Part shown: positions 39,601-53,135 of the stretch, in pieces
How positions within the stretch are numbered: the stretch's first letter is position 1
How the letters are laid out: every line of letters begins with the position of its first letter
Assembly: GCF_008831285.2 (NCBI RefSeq)
Contig: NC_045138.2
Location: 12,152,001-12,216,000, forward strand
Length of the DNA stretch: 64,000 nt
DNA from: Nymphaea colorata
Lineage: Eukaryota
Reading direction: 5' to 3'
Made by a program: the position numbers and the translations under genes
The notes under the pieces: generated by a model
Told to the model about the DNA's origin: nothing
The model's input: only the letters and a program-made list of their open reading frames with translations
The model's database searches: none

Positions 39601-42600
39601 TTTCTTAAACTTGAAGGATTTTACTTACATTTTTATCTTGTGAATATGTCTCCCTAAGGAATTCCCACATCTCTTTCGCAGTAGTATAGTAAGTAATAGT
39701 ACAAGCAATTTGTGGTTGGACGTTGTTCATAATCCAAGACATAACCATACTGTCGTCCTCTTCCCAGGTCATGTACTTCCCTGACTTGTTAATAGGTTCA
39801 TCCTCTTCAATTATATGCCTCTTTCGATGTCCCTTGACCGACATGATAAAGGACCTGGGCCACAGTTTATAGTTATGTCCATCTAATTTAACACTAGATC
39901 CATAGGAGAAGGGATTTTCAGCTCCTTTATGATCATTGCCACCCTCTGATTTGTTGCTCTCAGCCATAATGAACCACAACAGGAATTAAGAGCAAGAACA
40001 CCACGATAAAATTGTGCAGCAAGTAGGGCACACAAAAAAAACAGTCCTATTTAAAATCAGTCAGTCATGCAGACAAAGTAGAATCAACCATATCACATGC
40101 CCAACAATAATCCATAGAAAAAACAGCAGACGTGCACAATCCTCCTTTACGCAGATTTCACCTAACACATTTACAAAACAACAAACATGCACAAACTTCC
40201 TTCACGTAGACTTCACCAAACTTCACCAAACTACATACCTTCAACTTTATCACCACCACGACATGCCTTAAACTTCATAATTATACCACAGAAATAATTA
40301 GTAGTGATAGAGAACATCAAACCCTAGTTTCCACAACATAAGCTTATGAAGAAATCACGAGATCAGAAAAAAAAGAAGTCTGCCTTTGACTGCAACGATC
40401 ACGAGATCAGAAAAAGAAGTCTGCCTTTGACTGCAATCATCGCAAGAACATAAAAAGAAGTCTGCCTTTGACTGCAACAACTGCCTTTGACTGCAACCAT
40501 CACCCCAACTTTGAAAATGTGTCTTCATATCTCCGACGATCTTCAGACATTGCAACGACCAGATTTAGGGCATCTAATCACTACTGATCATGTCATGGCA
40601 GTGATTAGATACCTGATCTCCCATACGATAGAGCCCCTTAGGGCAAACTGCCACCCATGGCAGATCAGGACAAAATAAAGAGATGATGAGGAAGAGGAAG
40701 AGAGGAGGGCAGGAGAGGGGAAGGCTACCTGCTCTGATACCATGCTACACGATGGAGAAATGAAGGAACGAGAGAGAGAGAGACGGAAAAGATTCATTCT
40801 TCATATCGTGCCCTAACCTCTACTTAAATAGAGATTAGGGCACGACTGTGGCTGTTACATAAGTAAGACATAGAAAATTGAAAAAAGACAAAAGGGGACT
40901 CTAACTTTTAAATGTTCAGAAAACTACCATTCTTAAAACTAAACTTTCTGATTTCAACAACGCGGATTGACCGCATCCCACTCGCGTCAAGTGCGAGTCG
41001 GGTGCACGTCCAAAAATGACAAAAATGGTTGGGTGCGGTCAACCGCACCCGACTCTCTTTGACTGCGGTTGGGTTCGAATCTGGGTCGCATCCGCACCCG
41101 CATCGTGTCGATGCTGGTGCATCAGCAAAACCGAAGCGTCCATGTGACTTAGGCTGAAAATTTTAAGATATTATCTCCACACGATAAAAAAAATAACAAA
41201 AAAAAATTCACACCAGTACAAGCTGACCGACCAAACTAACTAAGATATACATGCTTAAATCAGTAAAACATCAAACACACACATGATTTAGATGACCCAA
41301 CACAGAAACTCATCTAGGAACAAAGGTATATTGCTGGAAAACACGAAATTCTAAGCTTCTACCACAAGGACATGCAAAACACACAAAGTTGGCATAAAAT
41401 GAAAGAAATCATTAATACCTACCAGAAAACGGTGTTTAGTCTCCTTGAATCCCTGATTTGTAGCAACTCCCAGCTCTAGAATCCTCCTTTGGGCTCTACT
41501 TTTCCACCCACCGAGCTTGGCTTCGAGTTATTAGAGAACAAAGATAAGGAAAGAAGAGGGTCATGGTGGAATGGAAGCTTCTGTCCAAAGTGGCATCACC
41601 TTGTAGCTGGGTAGCAAAGCTTCTTTGTTTTAGCTCTGATTTCAATCAAATTTGAACCGCGACTCCTTGAGCGCTACACAAGTACAAACATGGGGATTTA
41701 AAAATTAAATCACATCAAAATTGCATGAAAATAATATTAAAAATCAAGGCATTTTCATGCATTATCACTGGATTCATGGAGGGCTTCTGTTTCACCATTC
41801 CTGGTTTCCATCCACTTCCTAAAATTGACTACATAGAATGCAATAAGTTCATCTTCCTTTCCTAGAGTTGCTAAGAACAATTGAAAGTCCATAGAAAAGT
41901 TATTGTAACTTACTATGCAATTGGATGATGGGGACAGGTAGACTATATGACATCATATGCATGTGAGGAGGTGGGAGGTGGAATCATTTATTGGGTAGGA
42001 TCTATTGAATATGCGGTCTCTCTTCTGCCATTCTGGTGATGTTTTGATGCCTTGTTGGGCTACCAACTCCTCAACTACTTGAGTATGTTTTTGCTGTTGA
42101 TGCAACTTGGATGACTAGGGAGTGGTTTTGTACTCAACCATGGATGATAGACCTCAATAGCTGGTGGTGATGCATGGCTCACATTGAGGCAGTGATAGAA
42201 AACAATTAATAAAAAATGGCATTTTGTCACATTTTTATTGATTTGCTTACTGTTTATATCCTTTAACCTCATCCACAAAGCCCACAAAACTGCCCCTTTA
42301 GAGCTCGGTCCTTAAATTTATGACTCACAACCCTGTCAATGTGACATGACAAGCACTTTCAAAAGCATGCAAGACATAATAATTAGGATGAATACCAATG
42401 AGTGTATTATGTGTAGATTTATCCATTGTCACAGAAAACGTTTTTTTTTCAAAAAAAAAAAATGCGTATAATACGCGAAAAATAAGTCAGCCGTATAAAA
42501 CGGCAATTAGACGCATCTTTTTTAAAAAAACACCAGAAAATAAAAAACGTGAAAATAATATGCATTTTTTCACGTTTTTTATATTTTTTATTATTTTTTT

Positions 42601-45600
42601 AAATTTTCAGGATTTATTAAATGTTTTAAATTTTTTAAAAATTTGCCGAGATTTTCCCGATATATTCCCGAGATATACAACTTTGCCGTATTATACTCAA
42701 GAAATTCCTCGCCGTATAATACCCATACACGATATATGTGACAATGGATTTATCTTCAACAATTGCCATAAGCAACCTGCTTGTCACATATATTGCAGTA
42801 TGAAATGCTTGTGTCCATAAGGGAGGGAGGCTGCTACGACGCATCCTACTCATCACACTATCAATTATATGTTTGTAGTTTTGTTCGACATTCTTATTTG
42901 GTTGAGGTGTGTTAGGATAACGAACCCTTCTTCCTATTCAATTATTGTGTGTGCAAACTTCAGAACCAAAAACAAAATTCAGCAAGAAATAGAATCATGC
43001 AACATGAAGCTGAATCTTCATTAACTTCAATCTGCTATTGTATAGAGCAGCAAGTCACGTTACAAAGTTACAAACCAAAGGGCAAAAGTAAAAGTCCGTC
43101 CAGTAGGGAACGGAACCCTACTTTAAGGCTCTACTAAAGGCAGTAGTACAAAACTGTCCTCACTTACAAAGGCTAAAATGGTAGATAAATTTAAAACATT
43201 TTATAATAGAGTGGACAGAAATAGCCTTTGACTGTCAGTTAAAGAATTCAATGTGATATCCTTTGGATTCTAAAAAAGATTAAACCATTAGAATTCATAG
43301 TCTTTAAGAAAGCACAATTGTTTCCTCCTTGGAGCGCCTATAAAATGATTGATGCTGACAGGATTTGTGGGTCTGGAAGTTTTGTGGCAGAGATGCTACA
43401 GCTGTTGACACCTGCCTGTGCAAGAAAATGTTGTCTCCTAATACTAGTAATCAGTTAGCTACTTGTCAAGAAAAATTTTAACTCAGATTGTATAATGCAA
43501 TTTCACACTTGGGCACAATGAAAATATTCTGTGAATGCTGCAAGTGCAACTCTTCTAAATTATGTGATCTTTTGGGTATCTCAAGTCCTCAACTCATAGG
43601 TATTCAGACACTTTTTACGGTTTTGCTCTGTGAGCCATATGTCCTGGCATCTTTCAGCTTATCTTTTAAGTTTTAACACAGCCAATTAAATTTGCACAAG
43701 GTTTTTGAAATCTGAACTATATACAGGTTCTTGGCTGGTCCATGTGGTTTTCTGAATATTTGTTCCTTGAGAGAAGCTGGGCAAAGGATGAGAACACATT
43801 GAAGGTATGCATGCCACTTATCATATATATGGGCATCCAGGAAAAATGGCTGTGAGTTCCGATGTACTGCTGCAAAATTCATGCTTTATAATTTGATGTT
43901 GCAGTTCGGCCTACAGCGATTGAAGGACTTTCCTCGCCCTTTTTGGTTGGCACTTTTTGTTGAGGGAACACGATTCACTCAGGCAAAGCTTGTAGCAGCT
44001 CAGGAGTATGCTGAAGCAAGCGGATTGCCTGTTCCTAGAAATGTTTTGATTCCTCGCACAAAAGTGAGTTTGTGCAACGATTGTATTTGGTCTCAGATAG
44101 TTGCCACAATGTTGTCTTTGATGAAGTACCTTATGGATTTCTGAAGTACATATGCTGGCTATCTTACTGTCATTGTTTTCTGTAAGGGGATTAACTGTTC
44201 GTGGATTTTGAAGCAAAATTATGAACCTCCATGTTAATTTTGTGAAATATCACTGAACTATAACCTTTAGAAAATCTTTTAGTTGAAGGATTCAATTTAT
44301 GTATGGCCTGTAGAGCCCTTTGTTCTATGTTTCAGCTAATCAAATCTGTTCTGTTACATGGAGGTCCGCTCAATGGACCTGAGAGTTTGCCTATATTTTC
44401 TTACTGTTCCTTTTTTGTACTTTGGTATAAAAATAAAGTTGGCAGCAAAAATTTTCTGTGAGGATATGATAGAGATAAATTTTGTTTCCTACTTTTCGAG
44501 GTCAACAATGACACTGAGACTTCAAATTCAGATCAGGTTAATTGGAAAAACAATCAGAGCCATGCCTGTGATAATTGTGATATTATTTAACTATCTTTGA
44601 TAATTAGCACCATAACTAACTATTTAGAACAAAAGATCCACTTAAGTTTTGTTTCTGGGCTGTGATTTAAAAATTTTATTTGGCATTTGGCTATCTGTCT
44701 TATAATTTCATGTCTGGTTTCATTGCATTATCTGTGTGGTTCATTGGAATGTAGTCTTCAGTCATTAGCAGTCACAACTTCATTTAGTGGTCATCATACA
44801 TTAAACACAGAATTCTGTATTTGAAGCACAATATATTGATGGTATTGCCATTTTTTCTAGTCTCCACTTCTAACATGATTTTGGTATCACATTTTGCAGT
44901 GTCAATTATTTGCCATGATTTTTGTTTGCAAGACATGGAGGAATTTAGGCTGATGTTTCATTGAAAAGATGAATAGTCTAAAGAAGAAATGCATTTTTAT
45001 TTTCCACCTAGGTTGGTGGTTGATGCTTACAAGTAAAATCTGAAATTTGATTAAAATTACTGTTAAAAACATATACTGCCTAGAAATCTGATTGGTTTAC
45101 TACTTTACTTGGAGAATCCTTGTACATTATTTGGAAGTCATTGCCATCCTAACAATTTTCTAATATGAGAAATATTTACATATTTTTTTGTGTACATTTC
45201 ATCTTTTCACTAGTATCCTTTTCTCCTTTTTTCTGAATAGACTTATAGACTGCATCCATGTTGACCACTTATCTGAGGAATTGCCATTATTTTTTTGCTG
45301 AATCTTTTCTTTTCTGTGTTCTTGTTCTTGTTAAGAGCTGGCAAAGCAAACATTTCCATGTTTATTGCATCCATAGCCACAAAAAACAGGTTTTTTAAAA
45401 GAAAACATGTTAAGAACATTAAAAACAGGTTACCAAAAAAGGGGAAAACATTTTTTTTTTCAAAACAAAAGCCAAAAATCAAAAAGTGCCTTTTTTCTTG
45501 TTTTTTCATTTTCTTTGTGTTTGTTGACGTTTTTGACGTTTTTTACTGCTTTTAATTACCAGATTTTTATTTTCACATTTTTTGCATTTTATTCTTAAGA

Positions 45601-48566
45601 TTTTGAACACCTTTATCTTTCTCGGTGAAAGATTAATTGTTTTAAAGTGCTGAATTTTTCCCAAAAACCAAGTTTCCCGTTTTAAACCCGAGAAAAACCT
45701 TGCCATTTAGAACCCGAAAACAATATTTGCAGCTGTGGTTGCATCTTATAGCCCTGTCTTATGCACTATGTAGCACAAACTCTTCAAGGAGGTTGTCACA
45801 CCCATCTCGTGCCTGCACTGGGTGCTGGTGCATCTCTGACTCACTGAATTTGATTTTCAACTATGATGAGTTTATGCCAACTTTGTACACTAGGATTAAC
45901 TTTATTTTGAGCCTGCTGTTGTTACTTCTTGCTTTGCTATGTAAAATTTCTAAATTTTGTTTTGCTATAAGGTGCTGAGTTTTTTCTGTCTATGCTTCGA
46001 CCTTGAATGGCCCTACTTTTCTTTTTCCTTAGTTGATAAATGATGGAGAGCCTGCTTGTCTATCAAAGTGAAAATTAAGAAGTATCATGGAATTGTCGGT
46101 GTCTAGAATGTCAGGCAATTACCTTTCATGCTTATGGAAGTGTTCATGACACAGGGTTCTTGTTCCTAAATCTGATGGGTGCATATCATTCTTGTTATCT
46201 ATATAACACATCCTCTTATTGTTGTGTACTGATAGAAAACTTTCTGATGTTACACTTATAATTTTTCACTTTCATCTTAGGCAACTGTTTGTTCAATGCA
46301 GGGATTTGTTTCAGCTGTAGCCACCATGCGCTCATTTGTTTCAGCCATCTATGATGTAACTATTACTATTCCAAAAGATCAGCCATCCCCTACTATGCTG
46401 AGCATTCTGAAGGGCAAATCTTCTGTTGTAAGCATCGAAGAATAGCTTAAAGCCTGAAACGATTGGCTCATCTACGTGTTATATTTCTGCATAATGTTGT
46501 GCTTTAAAAACTTACTCACACACACACACACACATACACAAACAGTTCCATTTTATGACTGGTTCATTTTGTGACTGGTTTTTCCAACCCTTCTTCTGTA
46601 TCTCTCTCACGTACTTTTTCTTTCCTCCTCTTTTTCATTTTTCTTTTTCATAACCATCCTTTCCACCCTAGGATCGGCGGATTCTGGTGAAAAAGGGACA
46701 TGAAAATCCAGGCCCATTTTGGTTGTGTTTTTTAACTGGTTTTACTCATTTCCCATCTGCATAACATACACAGACACACCAGACACACACATGCACACAC
46801 ACTTATGTATATATATAGAATTTTTGTATATACGTATGTACATATATTTGTACACACATATGTTATTTAATGAATACATAGTACAAGTGCCGTGTACTTT
46901 TTGCTGCACAGTTTTCTGTTGCCTTGTTTCTTTTTCATGTGTTCTTTAAGTTCTTATTTTCCTTTTTGTTTATTTCAGCTCAGCCATAAAATGGGAGCTA
47001 GCTGTTGGTTAGTCTGATGGCTGCATGTTTGTCTGTTGGGACTAGCTCAACAGCTATTTCAGTCCGTTGCTGTATATATAGAGGCTGCCCCTCTTATAAT
47101 TTTAGTTTAAGATTTCTGTGACTTCTCTTTAATGAAATCCAGTATTGTTTCTTGAATGTGTTGCTCTTAGAGAGCTTGGTGGTTTAGCCTTGATAAAATA
47201 TTGATTCTTGAGAGCCATCTGTTTACTTCCTATTTGTGAGGAATTTAGTTGCTGTTGTCACCATTTCATTACATGCAGAATCAGCCCAAATGTCATGTGA
47301 TGTCTTGCTTGTGCTTAAGTAATGTGCTGCTGTTGATTGTTTGTCCTTGTGTGGCATGTGTAGGCAGTGTTGGGGATATTTGTTGCTGTGATTCTCCTGA
47401 ACTCTGCTTTCTCCTCAGGTCCTTTAAGTAAATTTCTTTTTTTCTGTTTGTATTAGATGAAAAGTTTTTTGTCACTATCTTTTCCCCAAAGTTTTCGTCT
47501 ACCATGTTACATGGTCTTTTATGATAGGACACCATATTGGTGGAAGGACTTCGGAGTTTCATTGACAGAACTGAAAAAAAATGCAAAGGAATTCTTAGGA
47601 AAGAAGTTGCAGGCAGCAATAGAGCTTTTGGGAAAAATTTATTAGTGGCTATTAAAAGAAATGGGAAACTTGAGAAGCTGGACACTACAAAACTATGCTA
47701 TGCCTTCAAAATTTCAAATAGTCTAGATACGCTGATTAATGTAAATCTTGCTAAGTTAACCCATGAAACATGGGCTTATCTTTAAAAAACCCATACCATG
47801 GAGGTTGTTGGCCATAAATGTAATCTCCTACAAAGAATTATGCAATTAGGAGATAAAACTACTGGGGAATATCTTGTTCTTCTCAGTTCTCACTCAACTC
47901 AGTGATGAGCTCAAAGTGGCAAGACCTTCTGGATATTGGTTTTTGTAATCAACAATTAGAAGAAAGTTTTTCCATGTTCATGATTTGGCCAACCAATTAG
48001 AAGAAGTAAGTTTTTTCATGTTCAGGATTGGCCTCAGATGAATCTTATAGAGTTAGGCCATTTCTTAGAGCATGTTCTTTCAATTCAAGTGACCCTTGTT
48101 GGACTCTTTATGAAGAATAGGATCTCCTTTGCTGGAGCTAAGAATTATTGTCCTTGATGCATCAAGGCCTGGTTCAAATGTTAAAGCATATAGATTCCTC
48201 TCTTTAACAATATTGCGATTCATTAAAAAGAACTACTCGTTAATTGTTATCGTTGCGGAGAAGCGGGATATGTTAAACTATAATGTCCTAAACATAGAAG
48301 ACGGGAACCTTAAAACATAAGACTATAAGAGAGTTCCTGTTGCTGAACCTCAAGAAGATGCAAAGAAAAAGGAATAATAATTGTGTCCTTGTCTCTTATG
48401 CAACTCATGGAGGCTCTTCAATCTCTCATCAAGGGCAACCCATTTATACCAAGAGCCATCTCTATACATTCTCCTTAGGATATATCCACTTGCCTTTAAA
48501 CTTGCAAGCTTCTTTTATGAGAAATCTCTTTCAAAATGTTATTGTTGAATATTGGAGGAAGAAGGG

Positions 48567-48605
<39 letters not shown>

Positions 48606-51600
48606 CACTTTCTTGCTTATTCACGTGACCCTAATCTCATATTAAAAGAGATTAGGGTTGGCAACATAACAATTACAAAATCAGTCCACTAAATATAAGA
48701 AAATATTTAAAGAACTACTATTCAACTTTCTAATATTGCAGAAATACTCTTTAACACTCCCCCTCAAGCTGGAGCATAGATATCAATCATGCTCAGCTTG
48801 TTACAACCTCTCAGGAAATCGCCTGTGGGAAGAGCCTTGGTGAACATATCAGTTGCCTGATCTTCAGAGGAGACATGAATAGTGCTAATAATTCCTTCTT
48901 GAACTAAATCCCGAACATAGTGGCAATCCACTTCAATATGTTTTGTCCTTTCATGAAAAACAGGATTGTTAGCAATATAGGTAGCCGCCTTGTTGTCACA
49001 ATACATCTTCATTGGGAGATTCACTGAAACATCCAACTCTAAAAGTAATGATCTGACCCATGACATTTCAGCCGCAGTTTGAGCCATAGCCCTATATTCC
49101 GACTCAGCACTAGATCGAGCCACTACATTCTGCTTCTTGCTCCTCCAAGAAACAAGATTACCTCTCACAAAGACACAAAAACCTGTAGTAGACTTTCTGT
49201 CGTCTACAGATCCTGCATAATCAGCATCACTATATGCTTCAATGTAACACCTTCTTCCTTTTTGAACCATAACTCCTTTCCTTGGGCTGATTTCAGGTAT
49301 CTGACAACCATAAGAGCAGCGTTCCAATGAACTTTCATAGGTTTCTCCATGAATTGACTTAGTTTATTCACAGCGAAGCTAATGTCAGGGCGAGTGACAG
49401 TCAAATATAGCAGTTTTTCTATTAGAGATCTGTAAGATTTAGAGTCAAAAAACTCTGATTCATCATCATGTATATGAATGTGAGAGTTCATGCCCCCCAA
49501 TAAACCTGTTTCTTGCAGAAGATCCAAAGCATATTTTCTCTGAGATACCACAACTCCTTTACTACTACGGGCCACCTCAATACCAAGAAAATAACGAAGT
49601 TGTCCAAGGTCTTTTGTGACAAAGTGTTTCTGAAGAAACTCCTTTGTCTGAGCTATCTCTTGATCACTTTCCCCAGTGAAAACAATATCATCAACGTAAA
49701 CAATTAATATCACTATACCAGATGTACCTTGCTTGATAAACAATGAGTGATCAAGTTGAGACCGACGAAAGCCACATTTAGATAAGACCTCAGATAGCTT
49801 ATGAAACCATGCACGAGGACTCTGTTTAAGCCCATAAATAGCTTCTTTAATGTGCATACCTTGGAACACTCCCTCTGTCTCTCAAAACCAGGTGGTTGCT
49901 ACATATAGACAGTTTCAGAAAGATCTCCATATAGAAAAACATTTTTCACGTCCAGCTGAAATAAAGGCCATTGTCGCTGGACAACAAGAGATATAATAAG
50001 TCAAATAGAGCCCAATCGAGCCACGGGTGAAAAGGTCTCAAAGGAGTCGACACCATAAGTCTATGTATATCCTTTAGCGACAAGACGTGCCTTGAACCGT
50101 TCAACTGAACAATCAGAATGATACTTGATGGTGAACACCCACTTGGAGCCAACCACATCACAGTGCCTCGGTGGATCCACCAATTCCCAAGTCTCTCGAG
50201 AGATAAGAGCATCCATTTCCTCCTGCATGGCATGTCGCCACCGTGAATCTAATAGGGCTTGATGGTGAGAAGAAGGGATCATGTGACTAGACAGAGCTCG
50301 ATTAAACTGCACCAAACTTGTACTCAAATGGTCAATAGAGACAAAATTAGAAATTGGGTGTAGTGTGCACTGTCGCTTTCCCTTACGAATAGCAATAGGG
50401 AGATCATCTGCATAGTGTTCATCATTTAAACCTGAATCAGTCTGATAAGTGGAGTTTACCTCTTGAGAAGACGCTGGTAGGCGGTTGGAAGAGGGACCAA
50501 GACGACGAGTGTAAACCAATGGAGGATCAAAGAAACGTTCATGTGACATAGGTTGAGATGGCGGTAAGGATTCAAGGGACACTGGTGGAATGGGAAGAGG
50601 AACAGGTATAGGCATCTCAGACAGAGGAGGACTCGAAGGAGAAAAATAAGGACGAGACTCAAAAAATGTAACATCCGCACTGGTAATCTCTTTCTTATTC
50701 TGGGGATCAAAGCACCTATATTCTTTTTAATTGGCAGAGTATCCAATAAATACACATTTGATGGCTTGGGCAGCAAGTTTGTTTTTGTCTGGGCCTAGGA
50801 TGTGTGCAAAGCAAGTGCATCCAAATACTTTGGGAGGTATATGAAATAGTGGTCGATTTGAATATAAAAGTTGAATGGGAATACGTTCTTGGATGGTTGA
50901 CGAGGGTAATCTGTTAATGAGGTAACATGCAGTAAGAATAGCATCCCCCCAAAAGTAGGCGGGCATATGAGAATGCAGCATGAGGGTACGGGCCACATTT
51001 AGGAGTTGTCGATGTTTGCGTTCGGCAACACCATTTTGTTGGGATGTGTATGGACAAGTATATTGAGGCCGAATTCCATGATTGACATAAAACTGAAGTA
51101 GAACGGAAGATTTGAATTCAAGAGCATTATCAGTGCGAATATTTTTGACAATGAAACCAATTGAGTTTTTATTTCCTTGACAAATTTAGGAAGAATAGAT
51201 ATGACTTCGGATCTTTCCCGTAACAAGAATACCCAACTGACTCGAGTAAAATCATCAACCAAAACAAGATAATACCGAAAACGCAAGTGAAAAGGAACCC
51301 GACTAGGACCCCACACATCCACATGAAGGAGATCAAATGGACTTTGACTAGATGGTTCTTGACTCGAAGGAAAGCTACTCCGTGTATGTTTGCCTAATTG
51401 GCAAGCATCACATAAGAAGGACTCTGATATAGTAATACCTGGAAGCATGCGACGAAGTTTTGACACTGAAGGATGGCCCAGTCTGAGATGCCACTGAAAA
51501 GGAGAAGGCTTTGAGGAAAATGAAGATGCAGCAACATTTACTGGGACAGACAAGAAATAGAGACCCTCACGTTCATGGCCGCCACCAATCATCTTCCCAG

Positions 51601-53086
51601 TTAGTAAATCCTGAAAAGAACATGTACCAGGGTCAAAAATGACTCTACACTTTAAATCAATAGCCAGCTGCTTAACAAATAACAAATTAACAGGAAACTG
51701 TGGAGCATAGAGCACGTTGGTAATAGTGCCTAAATGTGGGAGATAAATATCACCGCTGCCCAATACAGGAGATAGCTTGCCATCAGCCAGTCTGACATGC
51801 TGTGGTGTAGAGAACCTAACTAATGATGAAAAAATATGTGGTTGATTACAACAGTGCCTGGAGGCGCCAGAATCTATCATCCACATCATATCTGGGTCAT
51901 CGGTAGAAGCACCAACAGAGAAGGAAGAGTCTATCACAGTCGTGCAGGCATATGAGAAGGAATTTCCAGCCATCTTGTAGTCATTGGAACCCTCGGACAC
52001 ATTACCATCAGCCATAGTAAAATTCCAACCAGAATTGTACTCACAATATGAATGTATAAGGTGCAATAGTTAACTTCAACCAAGGCACGACAACATAGAA
52101 GAATTTGGAACACACTTATGGCTCTAATCATCAACTCAAAAATTCACTAAAACAGGCAGCAACATAGGCACTAACTCAGGCAGCAACTCAACAAAATAAT
52201 TTCAGCCGATGGCTGCAACACAAGCAGGAACTTTACGATTAGCAGCAGTCCACAACTAATGAGACCTCAACTTATAGATTCATATCCACGATTTGTAGAT
52301 CATTCTGCTCCTCACGTCAAATTATATCCACAAGCAGTAGATTGACTCTGCCCCACACGGTCAACATAAAAATCTGATTACAACAACAATAACCTCCACG
52401 AGATCCGCTTAAGGATCAGGTTGAACACAAACACAAAACAAATTGGCGGACTGTTTTCAGACGTGGATAGCAGGCAGCACTTTCAGATGTCGATAATAGG
52501 TACCAAACAAGCACAAATTTGACAGTAGAGAAAACCTGTCTCACTTCAACGATGCAGAGAGAAAACAAAAATCTGCCTACTCCATACAATTTCAAACTTG
52601 TCTCACTTCAACGATGTAGGAAAAAGACTGAACCTGCCCACACGACATACCTTTGCTTGTGAGAATCCACCAGGCACCACAGGGCTAAACAAATCAGACT
52701 GCCTAGCAGATCCGACATTCTTTGGCCTGAACATCTTCCACGGCTGCACTTGAGTTAGATTTGATTTTGCAGCAAGGTCTGATCTGATTCACCATTTCAG
52801 TGACGTGATAAGCTTCAACGGCAGCAGCTTTCAGCAACTTCACGACAGCAGCAGCAACACAAGGGTGCTAATCACGTTTTCACATGTTAAAAACGTGATT
52901 AGCCCCTATCCAACCAACCAATCAACTTGCTTGTTTTGTAAACAGCAAGAACCCTAGGTGTGAAACCTTAGTTTGGCGGAAGAGAGGAGAGATGAGAGGA
53001 GAAGGGAACCCTAGGCGTGAAACCCTAGATCACACAGCCCTAGGTCTAAAGCTTTGATACCATGTTGAATATTGGAGGAAGAAGGG

Positions 53087-53135
<49 letters not shown>

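Noticed and set aside
47450..48130. Possible LINE fragments (also about 28300-29500)
   Set aside because: Only vague resemblance; no RT or endonuclease motif could be read with confidence
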